Under the pieces are notes generated by a model. That model did not search any database and had not been told where the DNA came from. It was given only the letters and a program-made list of their open reading frames with translations. A DNA stretch of 32,000 nucleotides from an uncultured Verrucomicrobiae bacterium (GTDB lineage: Bacteria; Verrucomicrobiota; Verrucomicrobiia; Limisphaerales; UBA11358). The translations under genes and the position numbers were made by a program. This document shows positions 25,240 through 32,000 of this stretch, in pieces. Where the stretch lies: the NCBI GenBank assembly GCA_963827815.1, contig CAWHCL010000005.1, forward strand, positions 172,608-204,607, given 5' to 3'. The first letter of the stretch is position 1. Every line of letters begins with the position of its first letter.

Positions 25240-25833
25240 CTATTTTTGTGGCAACTGGTCGAGCGCGAAGTTCAACGTCATCACGTTCACACGCGGCTCG
25301 CCGAAAACGCCGAGGTCGCGGTCGCTGGTGCTTTGTTTCACAATGACGCGCACGCTGTCCTCGGACATTCCGCGTGCCTTGGCCACGCGTGGTATCTGCA
25401 ATTCGGCGTTTGCCAGGCTGATGTGCGGGTCGAGGCCGCTGGCGGATGCAGTCACGGCGTCGGCGGGAACCGGCGCGTTCGTCGCCAGGTTGTTGTCGGA
25501 ACGGTAGGTGGCGATGTTTTGCTTGATGTTGGCCACCAGATTGGATGACGTGGGGCCCAGGTTGCTGCCCCCGGAACTGGTGGGGTCATAACCGTTCGAC
25601 CCTGCCGCCGAAGGGCGTGGATGAAAATACTGCGCGCCGGTGAAGTTTTGCGCCAGCAGCGCCGAACCACGCACCACGCCGGATTTGTCCACCATCAAGC
25701 TGCCATTGGCCTGGTGCGGAAACAGCAGTTGCGCCGCGCCATAGACGATGAGTGGATACAAACCGCACAGGATGATGGCAAAGAAAATCGTCGCCACGAT
25801 CGAGCGGCCGAATTCAGTGAAGATGTTTTTCAT
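25240..25833 (-). CDS. kdpC: potassium-transporting ATPase subunit KdpC
   Basis: 197 aa. LFPHQANGSL, ASGLDPHISLANAELQIPRVAKARG and RVNVMTLNFALD are canonical KdpC blocks. Confidence 0.95.
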   Translation of the reverse strand: MKNIFTEFGRSIVATIFFAIILCGLYPLIVYGAAQLLFPHQANGSLMVDKSGVVRGSALLAQNFTGAQYFHPRPSAAGSNGYDPTSSGGSNLGPTSSNLVANIKQNIATYRSDNNLATNAPVPADAVTASASGLDPHISLANAELQIPRVAKARGMSEDSVRVIVKQSTSDRDLGVFGEPRVNVMTLNFALDQLPQK

Positions 25834-25850
25834 AATTTTCCAGTGTTGAG

Positions 25851-27866
25851 TTAGGCGAGGTGCAATCTGGCGACAATAAGGTCAATGAGTTTGATACCGA
25901 TGAACGGCAGGATGACGCCACCGACGCCATAAATCAGGAGATTGCGCCGGAGGATATCCGCCGCGCCGAGCGGGCGGAATTTCACGCCGCGCAACGCCAG
26001 TGGAATAAGCGCGATGATGATGAGCGCGTTGAAAATCACAGCGCTCAAAATGGCGCTGTCCGGGCTGTGCAGGCGCATGATGTTCAGCGGCGCGATGACA
26101 GGAAAGGTCGCCATAAGCATCGCCGGAATGATGGCGAAGTATTTTGCCACATCATTGGCGATACTGAACGTTGTGAGCGCGCCGCGCGTGATGAGCAGTT
26201 GCTTCCCGACCTCAATAATTTCCAAAAGCTTTGTCGGATTTGAATCCAAATCCACCATGTTGCCAGCCTCCTTGGCGGCTTGCGTGCCGGTGTTCATCGC
26301 CACACCGACATCGGCCTGCGCGAGCGCGGGGGCGTCGTTTGTGCCGTCGCCAATCATCGCCACGAGGCGACCGCCCTGCTGCTCCTGGCGGATGAGCTTG
26401 AGCTTGTCCTCCGGTTTCGCTTCGGCGAGAAAATCATCCACGCCCGCCTCCTGTGCGATAGCTGCGGCGGTCAGTTTGTTATCGCCGGTGATCATCACGG
26501 TGCGGATGCCCATCGCGCGAAAACGTTTGAATCGGTCGGCCAGCCCGCCTTTGACGATGTCCTTCAAATGAACCACGCCGAGCGCGCGGTCACGGGTGGC
26601 GACGACGAGCGGCGTGCCGCCGGAAAGCGATATTGCCTCCACAATTTTCTCAATCTCCGCCGGGAACATTCCGCCGGTGAACTGCCGGATGGCGTTCGCT
26701 GAGCCTTTACGGATTTGTTTGCCTTCAAAATCCACGCCGCTCATGCGCGTCTGCGCGGTGAATGGAACGAATTGCGCACCGGGCAGCTCGTGAATCGTCC
26801 GTGCGCGAATGCCGAAATCTTTCGCGAGCACGACAATGCTGCGGCCTTCGGGTGTCTCGTCGGCGAGCGAGGCGAGTTGCGCGGCGTCGGCGAGTTCCTG
26901 TTGCGTGATGCCGGGCGCGGGCACAAATGCGGTCGCCTGGCGGTTGCCCAGCGTGATGGTGCCGGTCTTGTCGAGCAGCAGCACATCCACGTCGCCCGCA
27001 GCCTCGACCGCGCGCCCGCTCATCGCGAGGACATTTCGCTGAAGCAGACGATCCATGCCCGCTATGCCGATGGCACTCAACAAACCGCCGATGGTCGTCG
27101 GAATCAGGCAAACCAAAAGTGCGATGAGAACAGCGTCTGAAAAATTCACTCCGGCATACATACCGAACGGCTTCAACGTGATAACTGCGAGCAGGAATAC
27201 GACCGTGAGCGCGGCGAGCAGAATCGTGAGGGCAATTTCATTCGGCGTCTTCTGGCGGCTAGCGCCTTCGACAAGCGAAATCATGCGATCCAGAAAGCCT
27301 TCGCCGGGATTAGCCGTGATGCGGATTTTGATTTCGTCGGAGAGCACGCGCGTTCCGCCGGTGACGGCGCTGCGGTCGCCGCCGGCCTCGCGGATGACGG
27401 GCGCGGATTCGCCGGTGATGGCGGATTCGTCCACCGTCGCCGCCCCGAGGATGACTTCGCCGTCGGCGGGAATGATTTCATTAGTGCGGACCAAAATGAT
27501 GTCGTCTTTGCGCAAAGAGTCTGCATCGACAATTTCAATCTTGTTAGCGGCGGAAATTTTGTTCGCATTCGTGCGCGTGCGGGTCTGGCGGAGCGCCTTG
27601 GCCTGCGCCTTGCCGCGGCCCTCGGCGACAGCCTCGGCGAAATTCGCGAACAGCACGGTGAACCAAAGCCAGATGGCGATCTGTGTGACAAACAATGTCT
27701 GGCCGGGCGAGCGGAAGGCATCCGCGGTGCTGATGGCCGCGCCAACCATCGTGACGAACATGACGGGATTTTTCACCATCAGCCGCGGGTCGAGCTTTTT
27801 GAAAGCATCCCCGATGGCCGGGATGAGAATCTTCGGGTCAAAAATGGAAACGGATTTTTGAGTCAT
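25851..27866 (-). CDS. kdpB: potassium-transporting P-type ATPase subunit KdpB
   Basis: 671 aa. Phosphorylation motif [11 protein letters not shown]. Also MITGDN and [18 protein letters not shown]. Confidence 0.97.
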   Translation of the reverse strand: MTQKSVSIFDPKILIPAIGDAFKKLDPRLMVKNPVMFVTMVGAAISTADAFRSPGQTLFVTQIAIWLWFTVLFANFAEAVAEGRGKAQAKALRQTRTRTNANKISAANKIEIVDADSLRKDDIILVRTNEIIPADGEVILGAATVDESAITGESAPVIREAGGDRSAVTGGTRVLSDEIKIRITANPGEGFLDRMISLVEGASRQKTPNEIALTILLAALTVVFLLAVITLKPFGMYAGVNFSDAVLIALLVCLIPTTIGGLLSAIGIAGMDRLLQRNVLAMSGRAVEAAGDVDVLLLDKTGTITLGNRQATAFVPAPGITQQELADAAQLASLADETPEGRSIVVLAKDFGIRARTIHELPGAQFVPFTAQTRMSGVDFEGKQIRKGSANAIRQFTGGMFPAEIEKIVEAISLSGGTPLVVATRDRALGVVHLKDIVKGGLADRFKRFRAMGIRTVMITGDNKLTAAAIAQEAGVDDFLAEAKPEDKLKLIRQEQQGGRLVAMIGDGTNDAPALAQADVGVAMNTGTQAAKEAGNMVDLDSNPTKLLEIIEVGKQLLITRGALTTFSIANDVAKYFAIIPAMLMATFPVIAPLNIMRLHSPDSAILSAVIFNALIIIALIPLALRGVKFRPLGAADILRRNLLIYGVGGVILPFIGIKLIDLIVARLHLA

Positions 27867-27878
27867 AACAAATTCGGG

Positions 27879-29678
27879 TTAAAACAGGTTGCCTTTGAGC
27901 ATCAGGAAATGTTCGACAATCGGCCCGAGAGCGAGCACGGGCAGGAACGTGAGCGCCCCTACCAAAATGACCGTGCCGACGAGAAGCGCGACGAATGTGA
28001 AACCGCTCACCGGAAATGTGCCGGCGCTGGCTGGAACGATTTTTTTGCGAGCGAGCGAACCGGCGAGCGCCAGCAACGGCACAATCATGGCGAACCGACC
28101 GAGCAGCATGTCAATGCCCAGAGTCGTATCATACCAGGGCGTGTTGGCGTTGAGTCCTGCGAAGGCGCTGCCGTTGTTACCCGCGCAGGAGGTGTAGGCG
28201 TAAAGCATTTCGCTCAAGCCGTGCGGACCGTTATTGTTCAAACCGGCCAGCCCCCAACTGCTTACCGACGCCCAAGCCGTGAAGCCCAGAATGATAAAGG
28301 CGAGGACAATGAATGCGAGCAGAGCCATTTTCACGTCGTAGGACTCGATTTTTTTGCCGAGATATTCCGGCGTACGCCCGACCATCAGTCCGGCGATGAA
28401 CACCGTGATCACAACGAAAATCATCATTCCATAAAGTCCCGCGCCGACACCGCCGAAAATCACCTCGCCAGTCATGATGTTGAAGAGCGGCACGAGTCCG
28501 CCGAGCGGCGTGAAGGAATCGTGCATGGAATTGACCGCCCCGCACGAGGCGTCCGTCGTCACCGTGGCGAACAGCGCGGAATCGAAAATGCCAAAGCGGA
28601 CCTCCTTGCCTTCCATGTTGCCATCGGCAACGGCCACGCCGAGATGCTGATGGATCGGATTGCCTTTGGCTTCCGCCCACCAGCAAAGCATGACTCCGGC
28701 CAGAAACATGGCGAACATCGCCGACCAGACCGCCCAGCCGTGCCTTTGATTTTTCGTTTCGCGCCCCAAGTGATAGGTCAGCGCGCTACCAATGGCGAGA
28801 ATCGAAAGCATCTGGATGAAATTTGAAAGCGGCGTGGGGTTTTCAAAAGGATACGCGGCGTTGGCGTTGGTGTAGCCGCCGCCGTTCGTGCCGAGCATCT
28901 TGATGGCCATCTGCGACGCCATCGGCCCCTGCACGATGGTTTGCGTGTCGAGCGTTTGGTTCATCATCACTGGATTACCCTTGGCGTCAACCACAGGTTT
29001 GCCATTCGCATCGGTCTTCTGGACGGAAACAGTCTGCGTCTCGATGAGCTTGGCTGATGTGTAAGGCTTGAAATTTTGGATCATGCCCTGCGAAACGAGA
29101 AACACGGCGTAAATGATGCAGATCGGCAGCAGCAGATAATACATGATACGCGTCAAATCTACCCAGAAGTTGCCGATGGTGGTGGCTGTCTGCCGGGCGA
29201 TGCCACGCACGAGCGCGGCGGCGACCGCAATGCCGACGGCGGCGGAGAAAAAGTTGTGGATGGCCAGCGCGACCATTTGCGAAAAATAAGACATCGTGGA
29301 TTCGCCGCCGTAGCTCTGCCAGTTCGTGTTCGTGGTGAAACTGACGGCGGTGTTGAACGCGAGATGTTGCGATAACGCGCCGAATTGTTGTGGATTGAGC
29401 GGCAGGTGTTGCTGCAGGCGCAGAATCGCGTAGGTAAAAAGGCAGCTCGCCAAACTGAAGATCAGCATTGCGACCGTGTATTGCTTCCAGCCGTGTTCTT
29501 TCTGCGGATCCACACCGAGCACGCGGTAGGTGAGTTTTTCCAGCGGGCGCAACACCGGGTCGAGCCAGGTGCGGCCATTGGCGTCAAGCACACGGTTGAT
29601 ATACAAACCGAGCGGCTTGGTGATGAGGACTAGCGCGCTGATGTAGAGCGCGAGTTCCAACCATTGATGGGAGTTCAT
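27879..29678 (-). CDS. kdpA: potassium-transporting ATPase subunit KdpA
   Basis: 599 aa. It carries repeated selectivity-filter-like segments (NTNWQSYGGE, GTNGGGY, and SCGAVNSMHDSFTPLGG). Confidence 0.95.
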   Translation of the reverse strand: MNSHQWLELALYISALVLITKPLGLYINRVLDANGRTWLDPVLRPLEKLTYRVLGVDPQKEHGWKQYTVAMLIFSLASCLFTYAILRLQQHLPLNPQQFGALSQHLAFNTAVSFTTNTNWQSYGGESTMSYFSQMVALAIHNFFSAAVGIAVAAALVRGIARQTATTIGNFWVDLTRIMYYLLLPICIIYAVFLVSQGMIQNFKPYTSAKLIETQTVSVQKTDANGKPVVDAKGNPVMMNQTLDTQTIVQGPMASQMAIKMLGTNGGGYTNANAAYPFENPTPLSNFIQMLSILAIGSALTYHLGRETKNQRHGWAVWSAMFAMFLAGVMLCWWAEAKGNPIHQHLGVAVADGNMEGKEVRFGIFDSALFATVTTDASCGAVNSMHDSFTPLGGLVPLFNIMTGEVIFGGVGAGLYGMMIFVVITVFIAGLMVGRTPEYLGKKIESYDVKMALLAFIVLAFIILGFTAWASVSSWGLAGLNNNGPHGLSEMLYAYTSCAGNNGSAFAGLNANTPWYDTTLGIDMLLGRFAMIVPLLALAGSLARKKIVPASAGTFPVSGFTFVALLVGTVILVGALTFLPVLALGPIVEHFLMLKGNLF

Positions 29679-29688
29679 GGCAGTTTGG

Positions 29689-29772
29689 TTAAAATTTTTC
29701 GGGCCGGAGCATCGCCACGAGGAGATACACGCAGAGCGCGACGGAAATGATTCCGAGAATGAGGTTTTCCAT
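29689..29772 (-). CDS. kdpF: KdpF, 27-aa hydrophobic subunit
   Basis: My own translation: MENLILGIISVALCVYLLVAMLRPEKF*. The LxAxLRPExF ending is the KdpF signature. Its stop is 10 nt before the kdpA ATG. Confidence 0.75.
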   Translation of the reverse strand: MENLILGIISVALCVYLLVAMLRPEKF

Positions 29773-29780
29773 AAATTTAG

Positions 29781-29864
29781 TCAGAGCTTTTCACAGCCGA
29801 CTGCATAAATGCAAAAAGTCATGAATGCTCCAAAAACCAGTCCGATATAGATTGCGTCCAACAT
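29781..29864 (-). CDS. second 27-aa hydrophobic micro-ORF immediately upstream of kdpF (hypothetical)
   Basis: My own translation: MLDAIYIGLVFGAFMTFCIYAVGCEKL*. It ends 8 nt before the kdpF ATG and lies about 95 nt downstream of the riboswitch aptamer. No homology evidence. Confidence 0.35.
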   Translation of the reverse strand: MLDAIYIGLVFGAFMTFCIYAVGCEKL

Positions 29865-29957
29865 AGTTTTGTCAACGGCGCTTATGCCATGAGCACAGCA
29901 AACCGCAATTCATTTTTATATTGGGTGAACTTGGCTGCCGCGGACTTCGCGGCGCAG

Positions 29958-30121
29958 AGGCTCGCCCTTCCAAATGCCTGCGAGATTAGCTGTCGGGCTT
30001 GGCCTTGAAAGTGGCCTTGAAACCAGTTGCCCGGCTTCGTTCGCCCCGTCCTCAAATCACTTTGAGGAGTTTGGGTCTCCCGCGCCCGGCTTCAGGAAGG
30101 AAGCCGGACTTCGGCTGCAAT
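29958..30121 (-). promoter_or_regulatory. c-di-AMP riboswitch (ydaO/kimA class) in the kdp leader
   Basis: The minus-strand RNA contains the blocks I remember from ydaO aptamers: GCGCGGGAGACCCA (30085-30072), GACGGGGCGAAC (30050-30039) and CCCGACAGCUAAUCUCGCAGGC (29997-29976). For comparison, B. subtilis and Thermoanaerobacter have AGCGGGGGACCCA, GGGGUGAAUC and CCGACAGCUAACCUCG. Helices are also present: CCGGCUUC/GAAGCCGG and CCUCAAA-GUGA-UUUGAGG (30067-30050). No covariance model was run. Confidence 0.7.
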
Positions 30122-30127
30122 GGCCAG

Positions 30128-30156
30128 ATTAAATCACAATGGGGCCACTTTGTCAA
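30128..30156 (-). promoter_or_regulatory. candidate sigma70-type promoter of the kdp operon
   Basis: Minus strand reads TTGACA (30156-30151), a 17-nt spacer, then TGa-TTTAAT (extended -10, hexamer 30133-30128). The predicted start falls at the 5' edge of the riboswitch. Confidence 0.55.
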
Positions 30157-30235
30157 ATCACCCACAAACAGCCCGTTTTTATTGGGAAAAAGCTTTGCCG
30201 ACGACAGTTTGCGTCTAAATTAGAAGCGCCATTCA

Positions 30236-31810
30236 ATGACAGCCCGGAAAAGAACTTTGTCCGTATTCGTCTGGCTGACGCCCGCGATCCTGTTCGCGTC
30301 TGATTTCATCTATCAGCCCGTCACAATCGCACCGCCACCGCCGCCGCGCGAATTTCGCGCCGCGTGGATTTCGGTCGTGGCATCGAACCAGGATTGGCCC
30401 TCCGAACCCGGCCTGCCGGTCGCGCAGCAGAAGGCGGAATTGATTTCGCTGCTCGACCGCGCGGCGCAGCTCCATTTCAACGCGGTCATTTTCCAGATCC
30501 GCCCGTCGAGCGATGCGCTTTACGCCTCTCCGATTGAGCCGTGGTCGGAGCGCCTCACCGGCACAATGGGCAGGGCGCCGGAGCCATTTTATGACCCGCT
30601 CGCGTTTGCCATTGCCGAGGCGCACAAGCGCGGGCTGGAATTGCACGCATGGTTCAATCCGTTTCGCGCGCTGCATCCCCTGTCGAAATCAATCGTCGCG
30701 CCAAATCACATCACCAAAACGCATCCGGAGCTCGTCCGCGAGTATGACACGCAATACTGGCTCGACCCCGGCGAACCCGCCGCGCGCGAATACGTCCTGC
30801 GCGTGGTCATGGACGTGGTGCGGCGTTACAACGTGGACGGCGTGACGTTCGACGATTATTTTTATCCTTACCCGGTGAAGAATGCACTGGGACGCAAACT
30901 GGATTACCCCGACGACGCGAGTTGGCAGAAATACGGCCTGCGCAGCGGCCTGGCCCGAGACGATTGGCGGCGGCAAAACGTGAATCAATTTGTCCAGAGT
31001 GTTTATCAATCCATCAAGGGCGTGAAACCGTGGGTGAAATTCGGCATCAGCCCGTTCGGCATCTGGCGTCCCGGCTATCCGCCGCAAATCAAGGGTCTGG
31101 ATGCCTACGCGAGCCTCTACGCCGACTCGCGCTTGTGGCTGGCTGCCGGCTGGGTGGATTATTTGTCGCCGCAACTTTACTGGCCGGCAGACGCGCCGCA
31201 GCAGAGTTTTCCCGTCCTGCTCAATTGGTGGGCGGCGCAAAACGTGAAAGGCCGCCATCTCTGGCCCAGTCTTAACGATTACAACGTCGGCAAAGAATGG
31301 CCAGCCGAAGAAGTTGCGCGGCAGGTGGAAACGGCGCGCGAACAATCTGTCGGCGGTGAAATTCACTTCCATCTGCGCGATGTATTGGAAAAGCCCGCGC
31401 TCGCTGACATTATCCGCACCGAATACATCCAGCCTGCGCTCGTGCCGGCGTCGCCCTGGCTTTGTTCATCGTCGCCGGGCAAACCGAAAATTTCCGCCAT
31501 GACAGATGCGCGCAACAATCTGGTTGTGCGCTGGGCAATGGCGACCAATGAAATTCCCAAATCGTGGGTGCTTCAGATTCGCGGCACGAACAATCTCTGG
31601 AGGACGCAGATTCTTCCGGCAAACCAAACCGGATGCATTTTTTCAACGTCAACGCCGGATGTGATTTCAATCAGCGCCGTCAATCGCTACGGAAACATCA
31701 GCCCGCCCGCCGCCGTCCAGAAAACCGCGCCGCCACCGGCGATGGCACCATCACTGCAGTATCCCACACAGCCGCCACGCCAGATGCACAGGCAGATCAT
31801 TTACAGATAG
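30236..31810 (+). CDS. secreted glycoside-hydrolase-like protein, GHL10 / DUF187 (YngK/YddW-like) family
   Basis: 524 aa with a signal peptide (RTLSVFVWLTPAILFA). EFRAAWISVVASNQDWPS...LDRAAQLHFNAVIFQIRPSSDALYASPIEPWSERLTG...YDPLAFAIAEAHKRGLELHAWFNPFRA matches my memory of the DUF187 TIM-barrel family. Confidence 0.75.
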   Translation: MTARKRTLSVFVWLTPAILFASDFIYQPVTIAPPPPPREFRAAWISVVASNQDWPSEPGLPVAQQKAELISLLDRAAQLHFNAVIFQIRPSSDALYASPIEPWSERLTGTMGRAPEPFYDPLAFAIAEAHKRGLELHAWFNPFRALHPLSKSIVAPNHITKTHPELVREYDTQYWLDPGEPAAREYVLRVVMDVVRRYNVDGVTFDDYFYPYPVKNALGRKLDYPDDASWQKYGLRSGLARDDWRRQNVNQFVQSVYQSIKGVKPWVKFGISPFGIWRPGYPPQIKGLDAYASLYADSRLWLAAGWVDYLSPQLYWPADAPQQSFPVLLNWWAAQNVKGRHLWPSLNDYNVGKEWPAEEVARQVETAREQSVGGEIHFHLRDVLEKPALADIIRTEYIQPALVPASPWLCSSSPGKPKISAMTDARNNLVVRWAMATNEIPKSWVLQIRGTNNLWRTQILPANQTGCIFSTSTPDVISISAVNRYGNISPPAAVQKTAPPPAMAPSLQYPTQPPRQMHRQIIYR

Positions 31811-31819
31811 CATCCAGAA

Positions 31820-31910
31820 TTTTCGATTTCCGATATACGATTTACGCGCGTGCTTGAATTTGGGGGGGGGATTCTTAAATCGTAAATCGTCATTCGTAAA
31901 TCGAGAATGG
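31820..31910. repeat. inverted arrays of a tandem heptamer, (CGATTTN)x3-4 and (TAAATCG-like)x4-5, around a 28-nt spacer containing a G9 run
   Basis: Left array: TTTTCGA TTTCCGA TATACGA TTTACGC (31820-31847). G9 at 31862-31870. Right array: TAAATCG TAAATCG TCATTCG TAAATCG AGAATGG (31876-31910). TAAATCG is the reverse complement of CGATTTA. Confidence 0.85.
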
Positions 31911-32000
31911 TTTTGGAAGGGCTGTAAGCCGAATTCTGTCTTCACTCTTGCGAGCGGAGAGAATCATTTGTCTGTGCAGCCGATACCCGAGACCCGTCCC

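Noticed and set aside
27858-28826. 322-aa plus-strand ORF, together with the other long plus-strand ORFs across 25.8-29.6 kb
   Set aside because: All are antisense shadows of kdpA, kdpB and kdpC, which carry unambiguous signature motifs.
29937-29953. Hairpin after the riboswitch aptamer as an intrinsic terminator
   Set aside because: The 6-bp GC stem is followed on the minus strand by CCAAGUUCACCC rather than a U-tract, so it does not qualify as a rho-independent terminator.
30233-30676. 147-aa minus-strand ORF upstream of the kdp leader
   Set aside because: It is antisense to the 5' part of the GHL10 gene, whose family blocks are clear. It would also lie upstream of the kdp promoter.
31921-32000. 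Last 80 nt of the window examined for a tRNA or the start of a gene
   Set aside because: I could not fold it into a cloverleaf or find a convincing ORF start. The window ends too soon to judge.

Overview
GC-rich bacterial chromosomal segment, densely coding and mostly housekeeping or transport. I recognised no transposase, integrase, CRISPR array or defence gene.

Minus strand, 1-9.2 kb:
- a SurA-like PPIase gene, open at the window edge
- a five-gene efflux operon: TetR, RND adaptor, RND pump, HlyD/EmrA adaptor, EmrB-type MFS pump

Plus strand, 9.3-19.4 kb:
- a LIV-type branched-chain amino-acid ABC importer (binding protein, livHMGF)
- rplM-rpsI
- argC, an MgtE-like channel, a SAM methyltransferase, argJ

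Minus strand, 19.5-30.2 kb:
- ilvC, a micro-ORF, ilvN
- a more AT-rich 565-aa polytopic membrane protein
- an HTH-MBL hydrolase fusion
- a kdp locus: promoter, c-di-AMP (ydaO-class) riboswitch, two 27-aa micro-ORFs including kdpF, kdpA, kdpB, kdpC and a kinase-less KdpD

Plus strand, 30.2-31.8 kb: a GHL10/DUF187-type glycoside-hydrolase-like protein.

Three things stand out.
1. Intergenic hairpin or inverted-repeat elements whose arms are themselves short tandem repeats. Heptamer arrays lie at 10.47/10.61 kb and 31.82/31.88 kb. An AACAAAG-type family lies at 13.29, 15.05 and 18.01 kb. A heptamer array also sits inside argJ coding sequence.
2. argC, argJ and the 5' end of ilvN are each broken by a single-nucleotide frame change, while every other ORF of more than 130 aa in the window is intact.
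3. kdp control appears to rest on c-di-AMP (riboswitch plus a KdpD reduced to its N-terminal and Usp domains), with an extra hydrophobic micro-ORF ahead of kdpF.

All calls come from reading the sequence and from memory of protein families. No database search was run.
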